Shown here in pieces: positions 16,845 to 28,413 of a DNA stretch of 64,000 nucleotides. Position numbers and translations under genes: made by a program. Within the stretch, counting starts at the first letter, position 1. Every line of letters starts with the position of its first letter. Below the pieces are notes generated by a model, which was not told the origin of the DNA, did not search any database, and saw nothing but the letters and a program-made list of their open reading frames with translations. This stretch comes from Myxococcales bacterium (GTDB lineage: Bacteria; Myxococcota_A; Polyangia; Fen-1088), in the NCBI GenBank assembly GCA_031431215.1, contig JANPCZ010000013.1, forward strand, positions 8,903 through 72,902, written 5' to 3'.

Positions 16845-18475
16845 ATGGGCAGCATGCGCGTCTTGCTGTCGCCGTTCCGAGCACAGCCTCACGAAGAGCC
16901 GCCCGAACCGGCGAAGTCATCGGGGCCTTCCCGCCGGGCGGCTTTCTCGAAGCGCTGTTCAGTCTGTGGTTACCGCTTCGAGGCGGATCTGGAGGTCTGC
17001 CCGCTCGACGGTGTCAAGCTGCCGCAAGAACGGCCCGAGGTCGGCCAGCTTGGCCCCTACCGCCTGGTGGAACGTCTGGGCATCGGCGGCATGGGCGCCG
17101 TGTACCGCGCCGTGCACGAGAAGGTCGGACGCGGCGTCGCGATCAAGATGCTGCACCTGTCGCTGATGTCGAACCGCATGATGGTGCAGCGATTCTTCGA
17201 CGAGGCGCGGGCCATCAACAAGATCCGGCATCCCAACGTGGTCGACGTCTACGATCTCGTGTCGGCCGAGGACGATCTCCACATGGTGATGGAGCTCCTA
17301 CGCGGCAAGGATCTGGCGAAAGTGCTGTCGGAAGGCCCACTGCCCGCCGCGCGCGCCGTCAACATCCTCGAGCAGGTGTGTGGCGCGCTGTACGCGGCAC
17401 ACGAGCGCGGCGTCATCCACCGCGATCTCAAACCCGCCAACGTGTTCATCACCCGGCGTGGCGAGATCGAGGATTTCGTCAAGCTGCTCGACTTCGGCGT
17501 GGCCAAGCTGGAACGCCCGAACGGCATGATGACCGCCGAGGGCATGACGGTGGGAACGCCCGAGTACATGGCGCCCGAGCAGGCCCACGGCAAGGCGGTC
17601 GACAACCGCACCGACATCTACGCGGTCGGATGCCTGGCCTACGAGATGCTGACCGGGCGCCACGTGTTCGACGGCGCCACACCGGCCGACATCATGGTCA
17701 AGCACGTCACGCAGCCTCCCGTACCCATGCGCCAGTGGAACCCGATGATCCCACCCGCGCTGGACGCGGCCGTGCTGCACTGCCTGGCCAAGCCGCCCGA
17801 GGCGCGCCCAGCCAACGCGATCGATCTCGCGCAGGAGCTCAGCGCCGCGATCGGCCGGCCGTTCGACGGCAGCGGCGCCTTCATGCGCTGGCGCGAGTGG
17901 AGCGATACGACGTCCGAGACCACTGGGCTCGGCCGCACCGCCGCCGGGATCTCGGGGACGCGCCTCCGCCGCGCTGCGGTCGCGTCGCGCCGCCGGCAGT
18001 GGCTGCTGGCTGCCAGCGCCCTCGGCTTCGTGATGGTCGCGGGCTTGCTGGCGTTGTCTTTTGGACGAGGCTCGCCGAAGCCGGCAGCGCCGGAGATCGT
18101 CCCGGACGTGGCGATGGCGCCACCGACACCGGCGATCGCGGGCAGGGCCAACGCACGAATACGCCTCCAATCGACCCCGCCGGGCGCCGATCTCTACGAC
18201 GCAAGCGGCAACAAGCTGGGCGTCACGCCGCTGGACATCGATCTGCCGCAAGAAGTCCGGCACCGGGTGCGCTTCGTGCGCGAAGGCTACCTGCCCGCCG
18301 AACGAACCATCCTGGTCGATGGTGACACGACCATCCTGGTCGAGTTGAAGGCCGAGCCGGTGCGCGGGCGGCAGGCGGCAGCCAACGGTCGGGAGCCCGG
18401 GACGACGCCGCCGGGTTCACGAACACGAAAGTCGGTGTTGAAGACCGGGTCCGGAACGATCAATCCTTTCGGCCC

Positions 18476-18479
<4 letters not shown>
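16845..18479 (+). CDS. Membrane Ser/Thr protein kinase with an N-terminal zinc-ribbon-like motif and a C-terminal PEGA domain
   Basis: Motifs CSVCGYRFEADLEVCPLDG, GIGGMGAVYRA, HRDLKPANVF, DFG and APEQ. TM is LLAASALGFVMVAGLLAL. PEGA is IRLQSTPPGADLYDASGNKLGVTP...REGYLPAERTILV. Confidence 0.85.
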
Positions 18480-19996
<1,517 letters not shown>

Positions 19997-20068
19997 ACCC
20001 AAAAGTTTCCGGCCGATGTAACCGATACTGGGTAGTGGGCGCCGGCTGAGCGCGCCAAGTCATTACCC

Positions 20069-23000
20069 TTGGACTCTGCTTCACGCACATTTGCTGTTGG
20101 GATGGTGCTGTCCATCGCGATCGCGCCGGGCTGCCGCGAGTCCACACCCGCCATCACGGGCGTCCAGATCACCTCGACCTGGACCGGCTCGGCGGTCGAG
20201 CAGCTCGAGTTCACCCTGGCGACCAGTGGCGGGCAACCAATCGGCGCGCCTGAAAAACGGCCCGCGATGGCCGCCGGAACCCTGGCCAGCGGGGTGAGCG
20301 TGGTGATTTATGTCGGCGACACTCTGGCGGGCCAGACCGTGCGCTGCCGCGTGCGCGGTTTCGCTGCCGGCCGCCCGGCGCGGACCGGTGAGAGCAGCGC
20401 CACGCTGGTGAAGGGAACCATCGTCGATGTGACCATCCCGCTCGCCAGGATCGGAGCCGGGGCCGGGGGAGCCGGTGGCGTCGGTGGTGAGGACGGCCAG
20501 GGCGGGACCGGTGGCAACGACTCGCCCGCGCCGCCCGCCGACGCTGCCGTGACCGGTCCGCAGAGCGACGCACCGGCCAGCGCGACCGATGCCGTTGATG
20601 GCCCGGCACCGGGTCCCGACAAAGCACCGGCCACCGATGTGACCGCCGGAACCACGCCCATCGGTGAGCCGTGCGGCGCTGCGGGCGAGTGCCGCAGCGG
20701 CTACTGCAGCGACGGCGTGTGCTGCAGCAGCGCGTGCACCGGGCTTTGTTTGGCCTGCGACGTACCGGGCAAGCAAGGCGCGTGTAGCGCAGTGCCTGCT
20801 GGGCTCGACGATATGGGCTGCGCGCGCGACACCGTCGAGAGCTGCGGCTTCGACGGCACCTGCGACGGCAAAGGCGCCTGCCGAAAATACCCCCCAGGTG
20901 CCCGCTGCTCGGCCGGGCGCTGCGCCGGTAGCACCATCGCGGCGGCCGGCGCCTGCGACGGCGCGGGCGCTTGCCGCTCGGGCAGCGTGCAGATCTGCGC
21001 GCCGTTCGCGTGCGATCCCACCACCAATCCGCCGCGCTGCCAGCCCAAATGCACCACCGCCGCCGAATGCGTGATGGGCCGCGACTGCGTCGCCGGAAGC
21101 TGTGGCAAGAAGTTCGATGGCGCCCAGTGCACCCTGCCCGGCGAGTGCGCCAGCGGATTCTGCGCCGATGGTGTCTGCTGCAACATGAAATGCGACGGTG
21201 CCTGCCTGTCGTGCGCGATGCCGGTGTCACTGGGCCTTTGTTCACCGGTCGGAAGCGGCGGCCAGGATGTGCGCGGCGTGTGCAAGGACCAGGGCGCCAC
21301 CAGCTGCGGCACCACCGGCACCTGCGATGGCGCCGGCGCGTGCGCGAAATACCCGGCCGGCGCCGTGTGCAAGCCCGCGGCGTGCACCGGCGAAACCGTG
21401 CTCATGAGCGCCGGCCGGTGCGACGGCATCGGTGCCTGCCAGATCGGCGCCGAGGTGTCATGCGCACCGTCGCTGTGTCGCTTCGGCGCCTGCACCCTGA
21501 CTTGCCAACGCAACGAGGACTGCGCGCCCGGAAGCCCGTGCGATCTGGTGGCGATGAACTGCGGCAAGAAAGGACTGGGCCAGGCGTGCAGCGACGCCGC
21601 CCAGTGCGGCAGCGCCTTCTGCGTCGATGGCGTGTGCTGCAGCGACGCCTGCGTGGGGCCATGCCGGTCATGCGCGGCCGGCCGAATGCCCGGACTGTGC
21701 ACGATGGTGGCCGCCGGCGCGGCCGATACGCGCGCCACGTGCAAGGACACCGGCGAGCCGTCGTGCGGGACCGACGGCACCTGCGACGGTAGCGGAGCCT
21801 GCCGCCGCTACCCCGCCGGCACGGTGTGTGGCGCAGGATCGTGTACCGGGGGTATGCGCACACTGGCCTCGACCTGCGATGCGGGCGGGATGTGCGCGGC
21901 GGGCGCGGTCACCAGCTGCGGTGCATTCGCATGCAATGGCCCGGTGTGCTTCTCGGGCTGTGGCAGCGACGCCGATTGCGTCGCGCCCAACGTGTGCGTC
22001 GGCGGTACGTGCGGCCTGCGCCCGAGTGGCGTGGCCTGCATGAAGGCCAGCGAGTGCGGCAGCGGCAACTGCATCGACGGCGTCTGCTGCGCTGCCATGA
22101 CCTGCGGCGCATGCACGGCGTGCAACGTGGCGGGGTCAGCCGGCGTGTGCGCTCCGGTAGCTACCGGAACCATCGACCCGCGCGGTAGCTGTACCGCCCA
22201 GCAGCCGGCCACCTGCGGCTCCGACGGCACCTGCAACGGCGCCGGCGGCTGCCGCAAGCACCTGGCCGGCACCGCGTGCGGTGGTGCCTCGTGTGCGGCC
22301 GGCGGCAGCACGGTCACCCTCGGCTCCGCGTGCGATGGCGACGGCACCTGCGTGAGCGGCGGCATGCAGTCGTGCGCTCCTTACAAGTGCAACGCCGCCG
22401 GGACCGCGTGCGCGACGACATGCGCGACCGTGAACGATTGCGTGGCACCTACCGCTTGCTCGGTGGTGGGCCAGTGCGGGACACTCAAACCCTCCGGTCA
22501 GACCTGCCTGCTGGGCCCCGAGTGCGCGACCGGCAACTGCGTCGACGGTGTGTGCTGCGCAGCCGCGTCGTGCGGAACGTGCCGGGCGTGCAACGTCGCG
22601 GGCAAGCTCGGCAGCTGCGCACCGGTTGCCGCCGGCACGGTTGATCCGCGTGCCGCGTGCGCCGTGACGGCGATATCCGGCTGCGGAACCGACGGCAAGT
22701 GCAACGGCGGCGGCGCCTGCCGCACGTACCCGGCCGGCACGGTGTGCACCGCCGGCTCGTGCTCGGGGACCAACACGGCCACGCCGCCGGCCCTGTGCAA
22801 TGGTAGCGGTGCCTGCGTGCAGCCCAGCGGAACTCTGGCTTGCGGCGCTTACAAGTGCGCCGCCGGTGTCTGCCCGCCAAGCTGCACCATCGACGCGGAT
22901 TGCGCAGCGGGGTACTTCTGCCTCGGCACCACCTGCGCCAAGAAGCCGCTCGGCGCTGCGTGCACCGCCAACACCGATTGCACCAGTAGCCACTGCACCG

Positions 23001-23401
23001 ACGGCGTATGCTGTGGATCCTCGGCCTGCACCAGGTGCCAGGCATGCAACGTCGCCGGCTTCCTGGGCACCTGCCACGATATGCCCAACGGGACGCCGGA
23101 CCCGAGGCCCACCGGGTGCGTCGCGGCCGCGGTGTCAACCTGCGATCTGGACGGCAAGTGCGACGGCGCCGGCGAATGTCGCAAGTACCCCGCCGGGACG
23201 ACCTGCGATACTGCCACATGCAGCGGTTCCAACATCACGCCCAAGGTGTGCGACGGCAAAGGCGCGTGCAAGAACGGCACGGTCATCCAGTGCGGCGTGT
23301 ACCGGTGCGACGCGGCCAACCCGGGCACCTGTTTCAGCATGTGCAGTTCCGCGTCCCAGTGCGCGACGGGCCTTTCGTGCCAGAACAACGTCTGCCAATG
23401 A
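20069..23401 (+). CDS. Cys-rich repeat lipoprotein (six ~152-aa Cys-rich units)
   Basis: Lipobox IAPGC with a TTG start. A Gly-rich linker is followed by six units of the form G..C....EC.SG.C.DGVCC...C.G.C..C...G..G.C..V..G..D....C......CG.DG.CDG.G.CR.YPAG..C....C.G... This is characteristic of myxobacterial cysteine-rich repeat proteins. Confidence 0.8.
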   Translation: MDSASRTFAVGMVLSIAIAPGCRESTPAITGVQITSTWTGSAVEQLEFTLATSGGQPIGAPEKRPAMAAGTLASGVSVVIYVGDTLAGQTVRCRVRGFAAGRPARTGESSATLVKGTIVDVTIPLARIGAGAGGAGGVGGEDGQGGTGGNDSPAPPADAAVTGPQSDAPASATDAVDGPAPGPDKAPATDVTAGTTPIGEPCGAAGECRSGYCSDGVCCSSACTGLCLACDVPGKQGACSAVPAGLDDMGCARDTVESCGFDGTCDGKGACRKYPPGARCSAGRCAGSTIAAAGACDGAGACRSGSVQICAPFACDPTTNPPRCQPKCTTAAECVMGRDCVAGSCGKKFDGAQCTLPGECASGFCADGVCCNMKCDGACLSCAMPVSLGLCSPVGSGGQDVRGVCKDQGATSCGTTGTCDGAGACAKYPAGAVCKPAACTGETVLMSAGRCDGIGACQIGAEVSCAPSLCRFGACTLTCQRNEDCAPGSPCDLVAMNCGKKGLGQACSDAAQCGSAFCVDGVCCSDACVGPCRSCAAGRMPGLCTMVAAGAADTRATCKDTGEPSCGTDGTCDGSGACRRYPAGTVCGAGSCTGGMRTLASTCDAGGMCAAGAVTSCGAFACNGPVCFSGCGSDADCVAPNVCVGGTCGLRPSGVACMKASECGSGNCIDGVCCAAMTCGACTACNVAGSAGVCAPVATGTIDPRGSCTAQQPATCGSDGTCNGAGGCRKHLAGTACGGASCAAGGSTVTLGSACDGDGTCVSGGMQSCAPYKCNAAGTACATTCATVNDCVAPTACSVVGQCGTLKPSGQTCLLGPECATGNCVDGVCCAAASCGTCRACNVAGKLGSCAPVAAGTVDPRAACAVTAISGCGTDGKCNGGGACRTYPAGTVCTAGSCSGTNTATPPALCNGSGACVQPSGTLACGAYKCAAGVCPPSCTIDADCAAGYFCLGTTCAKKPLGAACTANTDCTSSHCTDGVCCGSSACTRCQACNVAGFLGTCHDMPNGTPDPRPTGCVAAAVSTCDLDGKCDGAGECRKYPAGTTCDTATCSGSNITPKVCDGKGACKNGTVIQCGVYRCDAANPGTCFSMCSSASQCATGLSCQNNVCQ
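20663..23398 (+). repeat. Six tandem coding repeats of ~456 bp (Cys-rich units)
   Basis: Unit starts were read from the protein: GEPCGAAGEC, GAQCTLPGEC, GQACSDAAQC, GVACMKASEC, GQTCLLGPEC, GAACTANTDC. The period is approximate. Confidence 0.65.
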
Positions 23402-24036
23402 CCACGACCACGAGAAACTTGTTGGTCGCGGTTGCAAGTCTGGCCCTCGCAACGGGTCCGGCCATGGCGCAGGATCGCAAGGCCGACACCGCGGCAAAAG
23501 CGCACTTCCAGAAGGCCGAGAAGGCGTTCAACCTGGGCAAGTTCGAGGATGCCCTCAAGGGCTACGAGGCCGCCTATGATGGCAAGCCGCTGCCCGGCCT
23601 GCTGTTCAACATCGCCCAGTGCCACCGCAACCTGGGCAACCACGAACGCGCGCTGTTCTTCTACCGCCGCTACCTGGCGCTGGATCCGGCCACGCCGAAT
23701 CACGCGCTGGTCGAAGAACTCATCGCGGAGCAGGAACTCAGCGCCGACAGCAAACCCAGAGCCGGGCCAGCGGTCGCGCCGCTCGCGGCCAAGGCCGCGC
23801 CGACCACGTGGCCCGAATTGCCCGCCGCCCCCAACGCGAAGGCGGCCACGCCGGGCGGCGCGACGCTGGCCGGGACCGACAACCCGTCCGATCAGGCCGA
23901 AACACTGCCGGTGTACCAGCGCTGGTGGTTCTGGGGCGCGGTCGGCGCCATCGTCGTGGGTACGTCAGCGGCGCTGCTCATCCGGAGCGAGGGCAGCCCG
24001 CCGCGCGGCGATCTCGGCGCCATCGACTACCGGTGA
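23398..24036 (+). CDS. Secreted TPR protein with a C-terminal TM anchor
   Basis: The ATG at 23398 overlaps the upstream stop (ATGA). Signal peptide is MTTTTRNLLVAVASLALATGPAMA. TPR segment is AKAHFQKAEKAFNLGKFEDALKGYEAAY...FNIAQCHRNLG. C-terminal TM is WWFWGAVGAIVVGTSAALLI. Confidence 0.7.
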   Translation: MTTTTRNLLVAVASLALATGPAMAQDRKADTAAKAHFQKAEKAFNLGKFEDALKGYEAAYDGKPLPGLLFNIAQCHRNLGNHERALFFYRRYLALDPATPNHALVEELIAEQELSADSKPRAGPAVAPLAAKAAPTTWPELPAAPNAKAATPGGATLAGTDNPSDQAETLPVYQRWWFWGAVGAIVVGTSAALLIRSEGSPPRGDLGAIDYR

Positions 24037-24078
24037 CGAAACAAGCCATCCGGATAGCCTGGCTGTAGTCTGTGTGCG

Positions 24079-25536
24079 ATGGCATCGGTCGTGGTGGCGG
24101 CCCGGGTAAGCGTGGCCTTGCTGGCTTACACCGCAGCGTGCCGGCCGGCGCGCGAGGATTTCCGCCCGGCCACCTTCGATCTGGCGGCGGCACGGCGGAC
24201 CGAGGATCTGGCCGCCGTGGCGACACCGGATCCGCCGGTGCCTCGAGGCGGCCTGCGCACGTTCGACGTCAGCTACGTTTCGACCGAGTGGCGAAGCGAC
24301 GGCAGCGCGCGCCCGATCCACATCCACGGATTCCTCGCCGCGCCAGCGGGTGCGGGTGCGGGTGCGCGCGAACGCAAACCGGCGGTGGTGGTAGCGCACG
24401 GGCTCGGGGGGCAGGCCGACCCGCAAGTGGCGGCGGACCTGGCGCGGAATCTCGATATCGTGGCGCTGGCGATCTCGGCACCCGGATTGGGCGGCTCCGA
24501 GGGGCGCGCGGTCACGTTCGCGGATCCGACGCCGCTGTTCGATACCGTCCCCGACGCGCGCGGCAGCTGGCTGCACGCCTACACGCACGCGATCCTGCGC
24601 GCGGTGACATTTCTTGGCAGCCGGGACGAGGTTGACCCGAGCGCCGTGTTCTTGACCGGCGTCAGCATGGGCGGGCTCGCCGCCTTCATGGCCGGCGGCG
24701 TCGACGATCGGGTAGCCGGCATCTTGCCGGTGAACGCCGCCGGCGGATGGGCGGCGGCAGCGGCAGCAGGATCATGGTTGCGCAACCTGGTGGAAGCCGC
24801 GGCGGGCCGTACGCTGGCTTCGCCTGACGTGCTCGCGTTCATGGCGGCGTTCGATCCACTCGGCTTCGCCAGCCGGCAGCACGGCGCGGTGTACATGCTG
24901 GCGGGCGCGCAGGATGAGTTCTTCCCCATCGATCAGATCACCCGCACGTTCACCGCGGTGCGCGCGCCGGCTAAGAGTCTGGCGCTGCTAGCCGACTTCG
25001 ATCACGAGTGGTACTTCGCCACCGGCTGCCCGGCCGCGTGCATGCCCGGAGCGCCTGCACCAGCCGCCGTCGCTTGCCCGGCCACTTGCCCGACCGCATG
25101 TCCCCCCGGCGCGCGCTGGCCCTATTGTGGGCCTCACGGCAGCTACGATCGGCACGCCGATTTCATCGCCCGCTGGGCCCTTCTGCTGCGGGCGCTGACT
25201 AGCCGCCAAGCGGTTCCTCCCCGGCACGCATTCGCGCCCCCGCCGGCCGCGCCCGAGCTGCGTCGCGAAGGCGCCGAGATCATCGTGCGCGTCGCGGGCC
25301 CCGCGCCAGTGGCGTTGCGATTGGCCATCAGTGACAACGGCGGCTTCACCTACGGGCAGTTCCCGCTCGCGCGCGGCCGCGACGGCGTCTACCGCTTCGA
25401 CGCCGGTGCGCTGCCAAACGACGCCATCGTCTTCGCGGAGGCTGAAGCCGACAGCGGCGCCGTCGCGACCTCGGTGCCAGCCCTGCCGCCGGGCTTCCGC
25501 CCCAACATCCGTCCCTACCAGCCGGTGCGACGATAG
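24079..25536 (+). CDS. Alpha/beta-fold hydrolase (dienelactone hydrolase/peptidase S9-like)
   Basis: Motif VVVAHGLGG and the nucleophile elbow GVSMGG, with a Cys/Pro-rich insert further on. Confidence 0.6.
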   Translation: MASVVVAARVSVALLAYTAACRPAREDFRPATFDLAAARRTEDLAAVATPDPPVPRGGLRTFDVSYVSTEWRSDGSARPIHIHGFLAAPAGAGAGARERKPAVVVAHGLGGQADPQVAADLARNLDIVALAISAPGLGGSEGRAVTFADPTPLFDTVPDARGSWLHAYTHAILRAVTFLGSRDEVDPSAVFLTGVSMGGLAAFMAGGVDDRVAGILPVNAAGGWAAAAAAGSWLRNLVEAAAGRTLASPDVLAFMAAFDPLGFASRQHGAVYMLAGAQDEFFPIDQITRTFTAVRAPAKSLALLADFDHEWYFATGCPAACMPGAPAPAAVACPATCPTACPPGARWPYCGPHGSYDRHADFIARWALLLRALTSRQAVPPRHAFAPPPAAPELRREGAEIIVRVAGPAPVALRLAISDNGGFTYGQFPLARGRDGVYRFDAGALPNDAIVFAEAEADSGAVATSVPALPPGFRPNIRPYQPVRR

Positions 25537-25646
25537 CGAACCACGTCGACGACATCGCTTTCATTCGCAAGTAGCACGCAACCTCCCGGGCCCGGGACCG
25601 AAGACAGGCGCGGTCTTCGAAAATCCCAACTCACCAGGAGGTTCCC

Positions 25647-26210
25647 ATGCGTTCTCTATCGCGCGTCGTTCTCGCTCCCCTCGCCATCGCCGTGTGCACC
25701 ACGCTGCCGCTCGTCGCCGCCGGCTGTCTGGACCAGGATCCGCCAGCGCCCGAGCCTGCCCAGGCCATGCTGGCGATCTCGGTGATTCCGGCCGACGTCT
25801 CGTGCCTACGCATCACCGCCACCGGCCCCGGCCGGACGCTGGCGCGCGAGGTGTCGGTGAAATCAGGTGATCCGTTCACCGAATCGATGTCTGGCCTGCC
25901 GCTTGGCAGCGTCACCTTTGTCGGCGAGGCGTTCCCCGGCGGCTGCGACGTGGTGACCAAGTCGACCCTGCCGACGTGGGTCAGCGAGCCTGTGACGACC
26001 TCGATCATCGTGGGACGTCTGGTCACGGTGGCGCTGACGATGAACCGCAACGGCCGCGCCAAGGTCGGCGTCGAGTTCACCGACGAGCCCATCTGCAGCG
26101 TCGCGGGTCAGATCTGCCGCACCGACAGCGAGTGCTGCTCGCACAACTGCGGCGCCGGTTCCTGTCAGGCCACCGACGGCGGGGCCGACGGCGGTGGCGC
26201 CGCGATGTGA
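25647..26210 (+). CDS. Small lipoprotein with a C-terminal six-Cys knottin-like motif
   Basis: Lipobox LVAAGC. The C-terminus CSVAGQICRTDSECCSHNCGAGSC (nt 26094-26165) has spacing C-x6-C-x5-CC-x3-C-x4-C. Confidence 0.55.
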   Translation: MRSLSRVVLAPLAIAVCTTLPLVAAGCLDQDPPAPEPAQAMLAISVIPADVSCLRITATGPGRTLAREVSVKSGDPFTESMSGLPLGSVTFVGEAFPGGCDVVTKSTLPTWVSEPVTTSIIVGRLVTVALTMNRNGRAKVGVEFTDEPICSVAGQICRTDSECCSHNCGAGSCQATDGGADGGGAAM

Positions 26211-26394
26211 GGCAGCCGCCTGGCCAACAGCGCGAGTGACAACCCGGTTGGCGGGGTGGCGTGACGACGCTGCCTGGCCTTCCGGGTTTTCGCCTTCGTC
26301 AGGCGCAAGTTGCGATCTCATGGGCCGCAACGACGATTTCGCCGGCCGCGACACCCTCGCGGTAACGACCTTCACAGGGGCGCGGTCGCGCGAT

Positions 26395-27798
26395 TCAATA
26401 CCCGGAGCACTTACGAAGCAGGCCGGACTTGTGCGAAATGTAGAGGCACCCGCTTGGGCCGATGTGGAGTCGAGGCAGGCCACCGAAGACAACTCCGATC
26501 TTCGAACTGATCTCGACCCACGATGCGCCACCATCGGTTGACTTGAAGACTCTGCCCAACCCGACAGTCGCCAGAATTGCACCGGCGAGAATCGAGCCGT
26601 CTTTTTGGAACACCCAGCCGGAGATCTCCTCATAGGATGTCCCCTTGGTGGGGCGCCAAACGCCGGACGCGTCGGTTGGACGATGAAGTTGAATCGATCC
26701 GGTTCCGATGGCGTCCGGATCCCCAACAGCAGCGAGAACGTTGCCCGTGGCGGGATCCGTGGAAATCGCCCAGAGGTTTCCGTGGTAGTCCGTGGGCAGG
26801 CGCATAGAGTGGCGGATCAGGCCGAAGTCGGTCCAGTTGGCGCCACCGTCGGTCGACCGAACGAGCGAGCCGATTTCACCCCCCATCAGGAGCCCGTACG
26901 CGTTGGCCTCGATGGCGTAGGCCTGGCCAAGTGTCGCCGGCAATGTTGCGTTGATGGCGGTCCAGGTATGGCCGTGGTCAGTGGAATGATGAAGCACGGC
27001 CGAGTTGTCATTGATCGCGTAGATGCTGCCGCCTGAATCTTTTGTGAACCCGGTCATCGCGGTCGAGGCTCCCGGGATGCTGCTGGCGGCGGTGCAACCG
27101 GTGGGGCTGCAGTAATAGACCATCGGAGACGTAGCAATAGTGCCAGCCAGAACCTCGCCAAGAGCATTCACCGCCAGCGCGCCTACTCGCACCAAGAAGG
27201 TCGCACCAGGAACGGGCTTCCAGGTCGCGCCGTTGTCAGTCGATACCTGGAGGAAATGTGACCCGTCCGCACAGAAGATGGGGCCGGATGGCGTCTCGAC
27301 AACATCATAAACCCGGAATGTCGTCAGCACCTGCAGACCTGGGGTGCCTCCGCCACCGGTGCCAGCGCCGCCTGCCGAGCCACCCGCGCCGCCAGTTCCA
27401 CCCGCGCCACCGGTTCCGCCCGTGCCCGCGGTGCTTCCGCCCGATCCGCCACCTCGACCTGCGGCGCCCCCGGTTCCCGCACCGCCGGTGCCCGCGCTCC
27501 CTCCGCCCGTGCCCGCGGTGCCCGTGCCAGTTCCAGCAGTGCCCGCGGATCCCGCCGACCCTCCGGAAGGTCCGCCAGTCGAGCCGCCATTTGTCCCACC
27601 GGTTCCACCGCCCGTGGTCCCGCCCGCTGGAGCACTGGTTGTCCCGCCGGTTCCCCTGCCCGAGTTTCCACCGGCCGCGCCGGTTGTTCCGCCCGCCGCG
27701 CCTGTGGTCGCGGCATCAGCGCGATCCGCCCCGGAGGGATTACCCGCGGCGCAACCAACGACGAAGGCCAGGGCCAGGACTCGGGGAAACTCACGCAC
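26395..27798 (-). CDS. BNR/Asp-box repeat (sialidase/Ycf48-like beta-propeller) lipoprotein with a Gly/Thr-rich linker
   Basis: GTG start at 27798 (VREFPRVLALAFVVGCAAG lipobox). Four Asp-boxes are present: STDNGATW, STDHGHTW, STDGGANW and STDGGASW. The upstream 290 codons of ORF 26395..28668 have no signal or domain logic. Confidence 0.7.
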   Translation of the reverse strand: MREFPRVLALAFVVGCAAGNPSGADRADAATTGAAGGTTGAAGGNSGRGTGGTTSAPAGGTTGGGTGGTNGGSTGGPSGGSAGSAGTAGTGTGTAGTGGGSAGTGGAGTGGAAGRGGGSGGSTAGTGGTGGAGGTGGAGGSAGGAGTGGGGTPGLQVLTTFRVYDVVETPSGPIFCADGSHFLQVSTDNGATWKPVPGATFLVRVGALAVNALGEVLAGTIATSPMVYYCSPTGCTAASSIPGASTAMTGFTKDSGGSIYAINDNSAVLHHSTDHGHTWTAINATLPATLGQAYAIEANAYGLLMGGEIGSLVRSTDGGANWTDFGLIRHSMRLPTDYHGNLWAISTDPATGNVLAAVGDPDAIGTGSIQLHRPTDASGVWRPTKGTSYEEISGWVFQKDGSILAGAILATVGLGRVFKSTDGGASWVEISSKIGVVFGGLPRLHIGPSGCLYISHKSGLLRKCSGY

Positions 27799-28413
27799 CG
27801 AAGTCTTTGAGTGTAGTGGGGACAAGTGCCCTTTCCGCCCGGCGCCCGTCGCTTCAGGAAGGCCCGACAACTTTTCTTCCGTAGAGTTGACGATCTGCGC
27901 CAGATGATGCCCGAAAACGCAGCGCCTTGGTAGCAGACTCGCGCAAGGCCCGCGACGCCAGCGGCCGTGACTCCGGATCGGCTTCATCCGGCAACGCTGC
28001 ACCCATGCGCTGCGGATCTTTACTGACGCCTGGCTGACGGGGCGTGCTGCAGCAATGGCTTCAGCTGCACCACATGCGCCTGGCATCAGGCACAGGTCGC
28101 CGGCGGGGTTCTTCATGGTTTCGCGCTTCCTACCTGCAGACGGTAAGCTTCGACCCACTGTCCGTCGCCGCCCCTTTGGGCGACTGTCGTGAGGCACGCT
28201 CACCCGACAAGCGCCGTTCGTCGCATTCCCCGATGGATCGGCCACTGGGAATCCAATCTTGTAGATCCGTCCATCGTCAGCACCCGGTCGTGCAACGCGA
28301 AGCTGAACGGTGGGCTGGGCATTCATGTACCAGCAGATGATTCGCGCATGACCGATTGACCTCTCCCGCGTGACGTTTGCGCCGCCGCGGAATACTGCGG
28401 GCGGAGGCACACC

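Noticed and set aside
20081-23703. Several 200-360-aa antisense or off-frame ORFs within the Cys-rich lipoprotein gene
   Set aside because: They are Arg/Pro/His-rich and low-complexity. Their periodicity is inherited from the sense-strand repeat, and no independent signal supports them.
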